This document shows, piece after piece, positions 8,085-16,313 of a stretch of DNA of 26,192 nt. Source of the DNA: a virus (taxonomy: Duplodnaviria > Caudoviricetes); IMG/VR virus record IMGVR_UViG_3300044476_000078, positions 1-26,192 of that record; one strand, 5' to 3'. The position numbers were made by a program, and so were the translations under genes. The notes beneath the pieces are model-generated. The model ran no database searches. It saw only the letters and a list, made by a program, of their open reading frames with translations, and was not told the DNA's origin. Each line of letters opens with the position of its first letter. Within the stretch, counting starts at the first letter, position 1.

Positions 8085-8228
8085 TTAGACTCCTTGAATG
8101 TAAAGTGGATTTGTGGTTGTCCCAAGCTCTTCTCCGCTGCCGCTCTGCAAGACTGCTCTTGTAGCTGCCCAAGCGATCCCTCCGCCGAGGATAAGACCGA
8201 TAATAAAACCAATAAATAAATTTTTCAT
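8085..8228 (-). CDS. 47-aa signal-peptide mini-protein paralogous to the N-terminus of the downstream fibre (not in the ORF track)
   Basis: AGGAGG SD; MKNLFIGFIIGLILGGGIAWA|ATRAVLQSGSGEELGTTTNPLYIQGV; fills the intergenic gap almost exactly. Confidence 0.85.
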   Translation of the reverse strand: MKNLFIGFIIGLILGGGIAWAATRAVLQSGSGEELGTTTNPLYIQGV

Positions 8229-8236
8229 GCGTCCTC

Positions 8237-9334
8237 CTAATTTGTAACGAGATATCCATCAAAGGCTGATGCAGCCTCTATGTCATTTGCACTAGCGATT
8301 CCAAGAGTCTTTATGATGCAAGGCCCGGCGTACTTAACGTAATTTGCGAACACCTTATCCTGTGAAGATGTCCCTGTCGTGATCAGCTCCATATCATTTT
8401 TCAATAAGAAACCTGTCGTCTGGATGTGTGGGCTTTCGTTAACCCTTAATTCGAACCCAACAGACTGAGTGGTCGCTGACTTTCCGATGGAGCATGACCA
8501 CCGTGTCATATAAAATGTATGTGTGCTTGGCACACCGTAAATCGCCATCTCGGTCTGCCCCTCGAGCACTCCGATAACTGCCGTGATCGTGGAATTAACG
8601 TCTGCCGTCGCGGAGATAACTCCGACGTTCGGACCGGACGCGCCCATCGTAAGAACCTTCATACGATGAATGATCACATACGAATTTACCGTCGGAACGC
8701 TTGTAGTTCCATTTAAAACAATGTCTTCAGAAGATTCGGCGGTATCCCAAGTTTTTAATCCATAAATTCTTATCGTCCTTGCGCCAACAGAATTTGGAGC
8801 TGCTGTCTTTCCATCTAAATCTGATGTAGATGCAATCTGATGAATTCGAGGAGCGGTTGGAGCAAGCCATACAGGTTGCGTAGCCGCCGCATCCGAGCGA
8901 CTCCAGATATCGGTTGGCGTTGTCTGCACTCCAGAAGGGGCATGGCCGAATTTATTTACCACGCTGATCCCGGGGACGTTGCCTCTAGATGCCTCAAGAC
9001 AGAAGTTCGATGAGGCAATCATCGACGGGATGGACGGTATTCTTCCAGAAGGAAGTGTGTACGATAGAGATTCTCTATTTGTCCACGCGAGCAAATAACC
9101 GGAGGTGTCGCTAGTAAACCTTGTCGATCCGGTACTCATGTCAACTTTGACAATCGAATACGACCCGGACGAATCAATAAATCCGTAATAATTAGGAGAA
9201 GACAGATCTACGTCGACCAGAACAAAACCCTGCTGATCGACGTAGAGTCCTCCGTTTAAAGAAACCTGTGCTTGCAGTTGCTCGTTAAGCACCGCTCCCT
9301 TGTTGTGACCTATAATGCGTACAGGCTCAGCCAT
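8237..9334 (-). CDS. Putative virion structural protein, beta-rich, two domains
   Basis: Start revised to ATG 9334 (MAEPVRIIGH, 365 aa). Motifs AWTNRESLSY and SRGNVPG..VNKFG...GARTIRIYGL...LNGTTSV resemble, from memory, uncharacterised phage structural proteins. Confidence 0.6.
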   Translation of the reverse strand: MAEPVRIIGHNKGAVLNEQLQAQVSLNGGLYVDQQGFVLVDVDLSSPNYYGFIDSSGSYSIVKVDMSTGSTRFTSDTSGYLLAWTNRESLSYTLPSGRIPSIPSMIASSNFCLEASRGNVPGISVVNKFGHAPSGVQTTPTDIWSRSDAAATQPVWLAPTAPRIHQIASTSDLDGKTAAPNSVGARTIRIYGLKTWDTAESSEDIVLNGTTSVPTVNSYVIIHRMKVLTMGASGPNVGVISATADVNSTITAVIGVLEGQTEMAIYGVPSTHTFYMTRWSCSIGKSATTQSVGFELRVNESPHIQTTGFLLKNDMELITTGTSSQDKVFANYVKYAGPCIIKTLGIASANDIEAASAFDGYLVTN

Positions 9335-9335
9335 G

Positions 9336-9758
9336 TTATGCCGTCTTAATAGTGGCCCATGTCCAACGATACGGCTTCCCGGGATACTCAAAAGTGATCG
9401 ACGTGACGTTATCAACGCCAGTGCCATCAGCATCGGCAAGCGTCATCGACACGATCTTAACCTCTTCGTATGCGTCATCGTTGATTGAAACCCAGATCGA
9501 ACCTGCATTGATATTTGCAGCCCCATCTGTACCGCTCGCAAAAAACGTAAATGCAGGATCCATGCGAATCTTAAGAACGTTGCCATCAGCCAGCGCCATG
9601 CTGTTATTGACTCCAGCGCCGTAGTAAAGACCGCCATCACCTTTATCATCGAACGTAAGCGCGAAGTCCTGAGTCGTTCCAGAAATCGTTGTAGACGTTC
9701 CGTCGGAATAAACCCACGGTGAGTTTGCAGTGTCGACTGTCCATGTATGTGTTGCCAT
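9336..9758 (-). CDS. Small acidic beta-rich protein, probably structural
   Basis: 140 aa, AAGGAG SD, Thr/Asp/Gly-rich, in the late operon. Confidence 0.6.
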   Translation of the reverse strand: MATHTWTVDTANSPWVYSDGTSTTISGTTQDFALTFDDKGDGGLYYGAGVNNSMALADGNVLKIRMDPAFTFFASGTDGAANINAGSIWVSINDDAYEEVKIVSMTLADADGTGVDNVTSITFEYPGKPYRWTWATIKTA

Positions 9759-9770
9759 TGTAATCTCCTT

Positions 9771-10568
9771 TTAGAAGTAGTTTTTCTGAGCCACTAAGTG
9801 GATATCGTACCAACTTGAGTATCTTGAGCTGAAGTTCCGACGACAAACGATAACTTTAAATCCTACCCTCTCGACCTCGCGCTTGAGAGCTTCCTCGGTC
9901 CACATGACGTAGTGCTCCTCAGTCTTGAAATGCGGAAACCCGGGAACGCCGGTCTTATGCATGAAGCTTATGTCAGGCGTGCCAATGTACAGAACGCCTG
10001 TCTCCGATAGAAGGTTGTACGCCTTTCGCAGCGCCGCCATCGGATCGTTGAAATGCTCGAACGAGTGATTCATCCATATCAAATCAAATTTTCGCTCGAA
10101 CTTGTCAGCGCCGGCAATAGCCTTGAGCTCATCGGTATTCGCCGGGATGTCAAAATCAAATGTCGTGAAATCTCCGCGATACAGGTTTCCTTTTCCTCCG
10201 GTGTCCTTGTTGACATCGATGCCCCATGTAATCCATCCACGATTCTCAAAGAACTTCATGTTGTGCGGAACGCAGTAACCGACATCGAGCATCTGCCGGC
10301 CGTAGGTAGCCTCCTCGATCACGTTCGCGTATGTGTGAGCGGCATGCGTAAGGCGCAGATCGGCTTCTTTCATGCCAGCATAATTCACGACATACTTCTC
10401 GTCGTAGTTACTGGCAACCGGGAGATTCTCCTGAAACATCACTCCGCACTGGCAGCGATACCACGTCGCTTCTTTCTTAATAAGCGATTCGTGGATCCGG
10501 TAAACATACGCCGTCGCGATTCCGCAAATTGGACAAGACTTCGGATACACCAAGCATTCTTCTGACAT
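9771..10568 (-). CDS. Class I SAM-dependent methyltransferase with N-terminal Zn-ribbon (Methyltransf_23-like), copy 2
   Basis: Start likely 10568 (TAATG overlap). CPIC...CQC; motif I LDVGYC; GIDVN; FDLIWMNHSFEHFNDP; GVLYIGTPD. Confidence 0.85.
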   Translation of the reverse strand: MSEECLVYPKSCPICGIATAYVYRIHESLIKKEATWYRCQCGVMFQENLPVASNYDEKYVVNYAGMKEADLRLTHAAHTYANVIEEATYGRQMLDVGYCVPHNMKFFENRGWITWGIDVNKDTGGKGNLYRGDFTTFDFDIPANTDELKAIAGADKFERKFDLIWMNHSFEHFNDPMAALRKAYNLLSETGVLYIGTPDISFMHKTGVPGFPHFKTEEHYVMWTEEALKREVERVGFKVIVCRRNFSSRYSSWYDIHLVAQKNYF

Positions 10569-11530
10569 TACGACTCCTTGACCTTGCAAATTTGTTTGTA
10601 CAGTCTTTCAGGTGAGATCCCTTGAGCCATGCACCACGCAGCTCTCGTCACAACGTCGACGGGACACTGCACATCGTGGTCATAGATCAGGTGAAAGCAA
10701 GGAGCGCAAGCACAGTCGGCTTCAAGTGAAAAATCGTTCAGAAAATATTTGGTGATGTTCTCTTTATTGGTATGTCCCAAGAGGCCGATTTTAGGCGTAC
10801 TGAAACACCCAGAGGCATGGAGGACACCAGTATCAGGACTCACCACCAGATCGACGAGGTTCGTTAGAACCATCGAAATCCTCATAGATACTTCCCCAGA
10901 CAGGTTCGTGATCCTCTCGTCCATGACTGTCTCGAGCAGTTGAGACTTCAAATCTCCAACTGTAATAATATGTGCGTCTTCGTAATCCTTTAAGATCTGT
11001 CCGATAACATACTCTGTCCATGGGTACACCTTGTTCTTTCCAGAGCCGGAAAGCGCCCAGAGGATATTATATTTTCCCGGCTTAATGTACTTCTTGGCCT
11101 CGGCTTCTTCCTCCGGTGTATAATGGAACTCCGGGCGCTTAACACATCCAGAAAGCTTTGCCCATTCCTCCGTTACATCGTAGTAGTTGCGATTGCACCG
11201 AGCAAAACGCTCAGGCTTAGGATAAATATATTCGGGATTGATCGGATGAAGCGCAACGTTGCATTCAATCGACTCGCTAAAATTAATAACTCTCTCGGCG
11301 TTGACTTCAGCGATGATCTTTTCCCAGTGCTTTGGAAGATCGTCAATCGGAACGCTGTCATCATGCATGATCCACTCGTCGATGTTTGGATTATGCTCGA
11401 GCGCCTCCCTGCCGCGCTTGTTGGTGTTGAGGACAACGTGGTATCCCTCTTCCTTAAGCTTCTTTAAGGCTGGCGTTATGTTGAGCATGTCGCCATAAGC
11501 CCCGTACCTGATGATTAAACACTTACGCAT
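10568..11530 (-). CDS. Glycosyltransferase family 9 (ADP-heptose heptosyltransferase-like), copy 2
   Basis: IIRYGAYGD, LEHNPNID, VVSPDTGVLHAS, CAPC...CP...CM..ISPERL: WaaF/RfaF-type GT9 motifs. Confidence 0.9.
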   Translation of the reverse strand: MRKCLIIRYGAYGDMLNITPALKKLKEEGYHVVLNTNKRGREALEHNPNIDEWIMHDDSVPIDDLPKHWEKIIAEVNAERVINFSESIECNVALHPINPEYIYPKPERFARCNRNYYDVTEEWAKLSGCVKRPEFHYTPEEEAEAKKYIKPGKYNILWALSGSGKNKVYPWTEYVIGQILKDYEDAHIITVGDLKSQLLETVMDERITNLSGEVSMRISMVLTNLVDLVVSPDTGVLHASGCFSTPKIGLLGHTNKENITKYFLNDFSLEADCACAPCFHLIYDHDVQCPVDVVTRAAWCMAQGISPERLYKQICKVKES

Positions 11531-12335
11531 TTGTCACCTTCTGAAAAAGTAAATGGTAGTCTCCCCAACATGTGAACTTCGGCGTATCGTTGCGCTTGCT
11601 AAACACGCATTTATAACCGAGCTCTTCGAGTGCCTCGATGAAGCTCTCCATGTCCCATAGAATGTGATGCTCGCGTAAGTGCCAATGGACCCAAGTATGC
11701 GGTCTGGTCCAATCAATGAACCAAGGATCCGGCATGGCCACAAAAAGTAATCCAGAATCGTTAAGTGCGGCCTTGAGATTCTTGGCCACCTTAAGCGGAT
11801 CCTTGAAGTGCTCAAAAATATGTGAAGCAAAAATCACGTCGAAAGTATCAGTCATTGCCCGTCCGTAATCTCCGTTTAAACCGGATTCGACGTCCCAGAT
11901 CATGATCTCATGCTTATCAGATTTCGCATTTGGGTTGATATCAATCCCCGTCGTCTTCCATCCCATCTCCTTGGCTTCGTCAAGAAGAGCGGTGTTGATC
12001 GCTCCAATCTCTGCAAAGCTTTCGATGGCCTTATGCTCGATCATGAGTGGGAAGTATTCGCTGTATCGACGGATCGCTTCGGTAGATTCTTTGGTCTGAT
12101 ACTTATCGTGATAGCCCTCATCGTACACGCGACTATCCATGTTCGACCAGTCAGTGAAGAATATATTCCTACAGTTGCAGAACGAATATCCACGATCCAG
12201 AACAGGAAGAAACATTCTTTCCTTCTCAGGATTCCTGACTATTCCCTGAATGAAGATCGGATGCTCTGTTCCGCACAGAGGACAGATCTGCGCCATCTTC
12301 TTCGGATACTTAAGGAGGTCAACCCCACACTGCAT
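11523..12335 (-). CDS. Class I SAM-dependent methyltransferase with N-terminal Zn-ribbon, copy 1
   Basis: CPLC...FCNC; AEIGA; GIDIN; FDVIFASHIFEHFKDP; GLLFVAMPD; paralogous to 9771-10568. Confidence 0.85.
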   Translation of the reverse strand: MQCGVDLLKYPKKMAQICPLCGTEHPIFIQGIVRNPEKERMFLPVLDRGYSFCNCRNIFFTDWSNMDSRVYDEGYHDKYQTKESTEAIRRYSEYFPLMIEHKAIESFAEIGAINTALLDEAKEMGWKTTGIDINPNAKSDKHEIMIWDVESGLNGDYGRAMTDTFDVIFASHIFEHFKDPLKVAKNLKAALNDSGLLFVAMPDPWFIDWTRPHTWVHWHLREHHILWDMESFIEALEELGYKCVFSKRNDTPKFTCWGDYHLLFQKVTNA

Positions 12336-13302
12336 ACGCTTTTCTCACCTGTTCAATAACTGTGTCGACATCGAACCAAACGCAAAGCGGATACCCATCT
12401 TTACGGGGACATCCGATAAATTTGTATTGTGCCTTCGTGCAAGGAGAGCACCGTGCCGGGCTCTGCAAGCTAAAATCATTTTTACATCCGTTAGGATGAT
12501 TGATGAGAGATGCCGCTGTCATCATTTGCACCGTCGGAGTTTCCCACATGTTCGCAGCAACTCCGAATCCGCTCTCCATCGATACGACAACACGCGCATA
12601 CTTAGCCATCAGAACAACCTGTCTGAATGGCATGATCTTCTTCAAAAATTTTATCCTGTCGCTTTCAGGAATATTCAGATTGTCCGAGTTTCTGTCTCCG
12701 GTAAGTAGCAGCTCGGAGTCTGGGAACTCGACGAGCAATCTTGCGATAAGCTCAGGAGCAAACGCCATACGCTTGTTGAGCGTGGTCCCGTTTAAATTCA
12801 CGATTATCGGATTCTTCCGACGAGACATATACTCACGAGCAATGCGTTCTTCCTCGTCGGTGTAATAAACTTCTCCTCGATACTGTCCGACCAGCTCAGG
12901 ATACCCGGCAACGATTGTGCTCTGATCGTAGTAATTCGTCTCGGCGTATTTCTGGCGATTCCTCGGATGCATGTAGTACACATTCGACGTCTCGCTTGCG
13001 ATCAGAGCTCCCTCAAGAGATTCGTACAGGTTCACGAACTTGTCGTATCCCTGACTGATGATCTCCCAATGCTTGTTAAGCATGAAAGGATCTTTGTAGA
13101 GCTCTATGTAATTGGTGGGCTCAAAGTAGAACAGGTTGTCGATGTGCGGATTATAAGAGAGAAGCTGTGATCCCTTGTAATTCGTTTCCACGTCGACGAT
13201 ATCGTATCCCTGATCCTTTAAAAGATGAGGGAGATGACTCATATGAATTATGTCACCGTAAGCGCCATACCGACTTATCAATGCCTTCTTCATCGGAGCC
13301 AT
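12319..13302 (-). CDS. Glycosyltransferase family 9 (heptosyltransferase-like), copy 1
   Basis: ISRYGAYGD, LSYNPHID, VVSMESGFGVAA, CSPC...CP...C; paralogous to 10568-11530 (shared SLEG/SIEC, NYYD and NDFSL segments). Confidence 0.9.
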   Translation of the reverse strand: MAPMKKALISRYGAYGDIIHMSHLPHLLKDQGYDIVDVETNYKGSQLLSYNPHIDNLFYFEPTNYIELYKDPFMLNKHWEIISQGYDKFVNLYESLEGALIASETSNVYYMHPRNRQKYAETNYYDQSTIVAGYPELVGQYRGEVYYTDEEERIAREYMSRRKNPIIVNLNGTTLNKRMAFAPELIARLLVEFPDSELLLTGDRNSDNLNIPESDRIKFLKKIMPFRQVVLMAKYARVVVSMESGFGVAANMWETPTVQMMTAASLINHPNGCKNDFSLQSPARCSPCTKAQYKFIGCPRKDGYPLCVWFDVDTVIEQVRKAYAVWG

Positions 13303-13313
13303 CTCCCTTATCC

Positions 13314-13727
13314 TTATTCGTTGCCTACAACGAACTTTTCAACGTACAGAACAATCGGGCAAACAACCGCGACGGTTGCGCCTGTACCGACGAGCTGCAC
13401 AACAAGGTCATCCCCTGCCGCGAAGTCCGTTTCGGTGCAAGTGCAATCGACCACAGTGTCGACCGCTGCCGTACCAACAGTCGTTGTGCCGACAACAGTC
13501 ACGGCACCCGTACCAGCAAGTGACTTGCCGAGAATAACATCTCTCGACGTGCCATTGCCAGCCGTGGTGACCATGAGCTGCCAGTCAGTGACTGTGACAG
13601 GTGTCATGAACGTATACACCTGATCCGTTGCTGCCGCAGCGGTACCGTTAAGTGCCGCTGTGTTCAGCATCGTGAGCTGCTTTTTCGACCCGAAGGCAGG
13701 GTCGCTATAAGAACGCTTAATAGCCAT
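13314..13727 (-). CDS. Thr/Ala/Val-rich capsid-associated (cement/decoration-like) protein
   Basis: Start revised to ATG 13727 (AAGGAGG SD), 137 aa, immediately after the major capsid gene; beta-sandwich-like composition ending FAAGDDLVV. Confidence 0.6.
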   Translation of the reverse strand: MAIKRSYSDPAFGSKKQLTMLNTAALNGTAAAATDQVYTFMTPVTVTDWQLMVTTAGNGTSRDVILGKSLAGTGAVTVVGTTTVGTAAVDTVVDCTCTETDFAAGDDLVVQLVGTGATVAVVCPIVLYVEKFVVGNE

Positions 13728-13741
13728 AACGATCCTCCTTT

Positions 13742-14671
13742 TTAAGCAGACGTTAAGTGAATGATACGAGTTTCCGCATCCGTGCTGAAATCCCAAGTCT
13801 GCACGAATCCGCCGAGGTAATACCAAGCAATCGCCTGATCACGCCCGAAATCCTTGGGCAGATCAATACGAATGTCTTCAGGAATGACGATCCCTTCGCG
13901 GACAGCGTCATCACCGAAGAACACAGCTTCGCCGTACTGCGTACCAGTACCGAGCGCGTTGCTGAGGATGTTCGTCTCTTCGACGAAGCGGCAACCATAA
14001 TAGTTACCGACTTCACCACTGAACATCGGCTTCGCAGTCGTCTGCATGATCTTCGCTTCGAAGAAATCATACAAACCGCGAATGCTGTTCGTGGAGGCGA
14101 TACAGATGTAGCTATCGCCATCGTACCGAGGAACGTTCAGGATCTTCAGCTTATCGACGACATCGCGAACGTTCTTGTCGGACATATTGCCAGTGGCAGT
14201 GGCCGTAGCCGTGCCATTGGTTGTGAACGTGGTGACAGCGGTACTGGCCACGACGGCCTTGTACACGCTGGTCTTGAACGCAAGCGCAGCCTGTGAATCA
14301 AGAACCTTAGCCATGTCATTGCGAAGAACAGTCTTCACAATGTCCGGCACCGCGACTTCAGCGAGGGTCTGCGCCTTCAGCGTGAACGGAATGGCATTGC
14401 CATATTCCGCCACCGAGAGCGTACCCTGCTTGATCGTATAATTGACCTTCGGGATGGTCGATGTCTCTGTCAAAACGCCGCCCGACGTGGAAATGTTGCT
14501 GATCTTGTTGAACAGCACGGCATCACCACGACCTTTACCAGCAGCAGCTTCCGGCGTAACGAACTGACGGAACTTCATCATCGGCTGAGCCGCATGACGA
14601 AGCTGCTTGGAGAGGACGTCGTTTGAAAGAAAACCACCCAAAGAATTGACAGCCCAAAGTTGCTGAGCCAT
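13742..14671 (-). CDS. Major capsid protein (HK97 fold, N4-gp56-like family)
   Basis: 309 aa after the scaffold gene; GKGRGDAVLF, LTET, EYGNAI, GEVGNYYGCRFVEET, DFGRDQAIAWY motifs. Confidence 0.9.
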   Translation of the reverse strand: MAQQLWAVNSLGGFLSNDVLSKQLRHAAQPMMKFRQFVTPEAAAGKGRGDAVLFNKISNISTSGGVLTETSTIPKVNYTIKQGTLSVAEYGNAIPFTLKAQTLAEVAVPDIVKTVLRNDMAKVLDSQAALAFKTSVYKAVVASTAVTTFTTNGTATATATGNMSDKNVRDVVDKLKILNVPRYDGDSYICIASTNSIRGLYDFFEAKIMQTTAKPMFSGEVGNYYGCRFVEETNILSNALGTGTQYGEAVFFGDDAVREGIVIPEDIRIDLPKDFGRDQAIAWYYLGGFVQTWDFSTDAETRIIHLTSA

Positions 14672-14673
14672 GG

Positions 14674-15648
14674 TTATTTCCTTTCATTGAGGAACTTCTT
14701 GCGCTCAGACAAATAGTCTTGCAGCTTATCGCCTGACGAACGCAACTTAGCGGTGTCTCCACCCTCAGTAGAGCTCGTCGACGGAATCGATGCCTTACGC
14801 TTTGCCTTGGCAAGCTTTCGTTCCATTACTTTTTTGGCTGGATCCGCAGAGGTTCTACGCTTCCGCAGAATCTGAGTGACAGCATCAGCAACAGCTTGAC
14901 GCTGACCGCCTTGAGTGTTGTAGATGAGTCTTCCGTTCTCATCACGCGACTCAGTATACATTTTCAAAGCCAGCCGATAGAGCAGACTCGATTCGCTTCC
15001 GAGGCTCAGCTCGTTCTTGGCGTTTGGATAGATCTCCTTGCCATCGTCGTCGGCCCAGACTTTTGAATAATCGTTGCAGACCTTGTTCCATTCAGTGACA
15101 ACAGCTTTCTGGCCTTCAACTGCTTTATTCCTCTCATCGTTGTACATCTTGATGAGATCCTCTTGGGCTTTACCGACCTTATAGTCAAAGATCTCCATCG
15201 CCAGCTCATGATCGCCTTCGTCGAATGCCTTCTTTAATGCGGCCTTCAACTGAGCTTCGGTGTACTGAGGCTTATCGCTGCTCTTCTTTTCCTCGGGAGT
15301 CTTGAGCTTATCATTCTCGGCTTTGAGCTCTTTAATTTGAGCGGTCAGCTGATCAATCCGCTTCTGAACGTTGTCCTTCGTCTTCTCGACGGGAGCATCG
15401 AACTCGCTTAGATCATCAGCATCTTCTTCACCTGCGCTCTCAATTGCGTCTTTGGCTTTTTCGGAAAGCTCAGAACCGTCATCTGTCTTTTCTGAAGGAG
15501 ACGAATCCTCCGCAGCATCAGAAGTCTCTGCATCTTGGGCGTCAGCAGCCAACGCATCAACTTCAGCGTCGGAAACCTGATCAACCGCTTCGTCTTGGAC
15601 AGGGGCTTTTTCGGGAGCCTCAGCAACCGTTTTAACTGGATCTGGCAT
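14674..15648 (-). CDS. Capsid scaffolding protein
   Basis: Start likely 15648 (MPDPVK); acidic disordered N-terminus, VQKRIDQLTA coiled coil, basic C-terminus; position between portal and capsid. Confidence 0.85.
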   Translation of the reverse strand: MPDPVKTVAEAPEKAPVQDEAVDQVSDAEVDALAADAQDAETSDAAEDSSPSEKTDDGSELSEKAKDAIESAGEEDADDLSEFDAPVEKTKDNVQKRIDQLTAQIKELKAENDKLKTPEEKKSSDKPQYTEAQLKAALKKAFDEGDHELAMEIFDYKVGKAQEDLIKMYNDERNKAVEGQKAVVTEWNKVCNDYSKVWADDDGKEIYPNAKNELSLGSESSLLYRLALKMYTESRDENGRLIYNTQGGQRQAVADAVTQILRKRRTSADPAKKVMERKLAKAKRKASIPSTSSTEGGDTAKLRSSGDKLQDYLSERKKFLNERK

Positions 15649-15733
15649 TTTAAGCCTTTCTTGCCACCGTTTTAATATGGACCGGAGAACCATGCAGCGT
15701 TTAACCGGATAACGCAGAACCTATCAGAACGTT

Positions 15734-15916
15734 CTAACGTGATCGCATTTCGCGGACCAGTTCCCTGACCGCTCCATCGCCATCGCGTAGACGTGCTTGA
15801 TTCAATAATGATTTCGTAAGATTGGCGCGAGCTTGCGGATTGCTATCGCCTTTTGTGATCCTCATAACGCGCTTACGAACGTCTTCATATCCCATGCCGA
15901 CTCGATCATTACCCAT
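15734..15916 (-). CDS. Small hypothetical protein
   Basis: 60 aa, GGGAGG SD, overlaps the upstream stop. Confidence 0.6.
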   Translation of the reverse strand: MGNDRVGMGYEDVRKRVMRITKGDSNPQARANLTKSLLNQARLRDGDGAVRELVREMRSR

Positions 15917-16313
15917 TTAAATCCCTCCCGTAACGTGTGTCGTCAACCATCGGAATCGACGTCTTGTCATTCTTCTGCTGACGAATTAACGATTCACGTT
16001 TATCCTTTAAAACTTTTGCGTTGTTCGGATACGCATTAATCCGGGTATGCAGATCAATCAACGCCTGTTTGTATCCGATATAAAATTCGCGGCGCTCATC
16101 TTTACGAGCACGATCAAGAAGACCACCAACCCATTTTCCGTTAGCAAGCTTTCCGCCCGTGATGTCCGTAATCATCTTATCCAGCAAAGGACCGATGATG
16201 TTCTTCCATCCATCTGACGTGATCGTTTTCTCGACGCTGTCGCAATGCTTGATCAGGTCGTTGATCTTTGCTATCTCTTGCTCGACGTAGAACTGTGGGA
16301 TCTCTGCGCTCAT
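15909..16313 (-). CDS. Hypothetical helical protein following the portal gene
   Basis: 134 aa, ATGA overlap with the portal stop; SDGWKNII...YIGYKQAL pattern typical of small post-portal proteins. Confidence 0.7.
   Translation of the reverse strand: MSAEIPQFYVEQEIAKINDLIKHCDSVEKTITSDGWKNIIGPLLDKMITDITGGKLANGKWVGGLLDRARKDERREFYIGYKQALIDLHTRINAYPNNAKVLKDKRESLIRQQKNDKTSIPMVDDTRYGRDLNG

Noticed and set aside
7082-8212. ORF-track 376-aa version of the fibre and the 8080-8262 ORF
   Set aside because: The upstream part is an alternative frame over the 47-aa mini-gene; SD and signal peptide support starts at 8083 and 8228.
9771-13302. Host LPS biosynthesis island or DNA modification/restriction system
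   Set aside because: The genes are coupled within the phage late operon, and the methyltransferases lack DNA MTase catalytic motifs (DPPY/NPPY, PCQ).
13727-13826. T7 10A/10B-style -1 frameshift fusing capsid to the downstream protein
   Set aside because: The -1 frame is open here, but I found no canonical slippery heptamer and the downstream gene has its own AAGGAGG SD.
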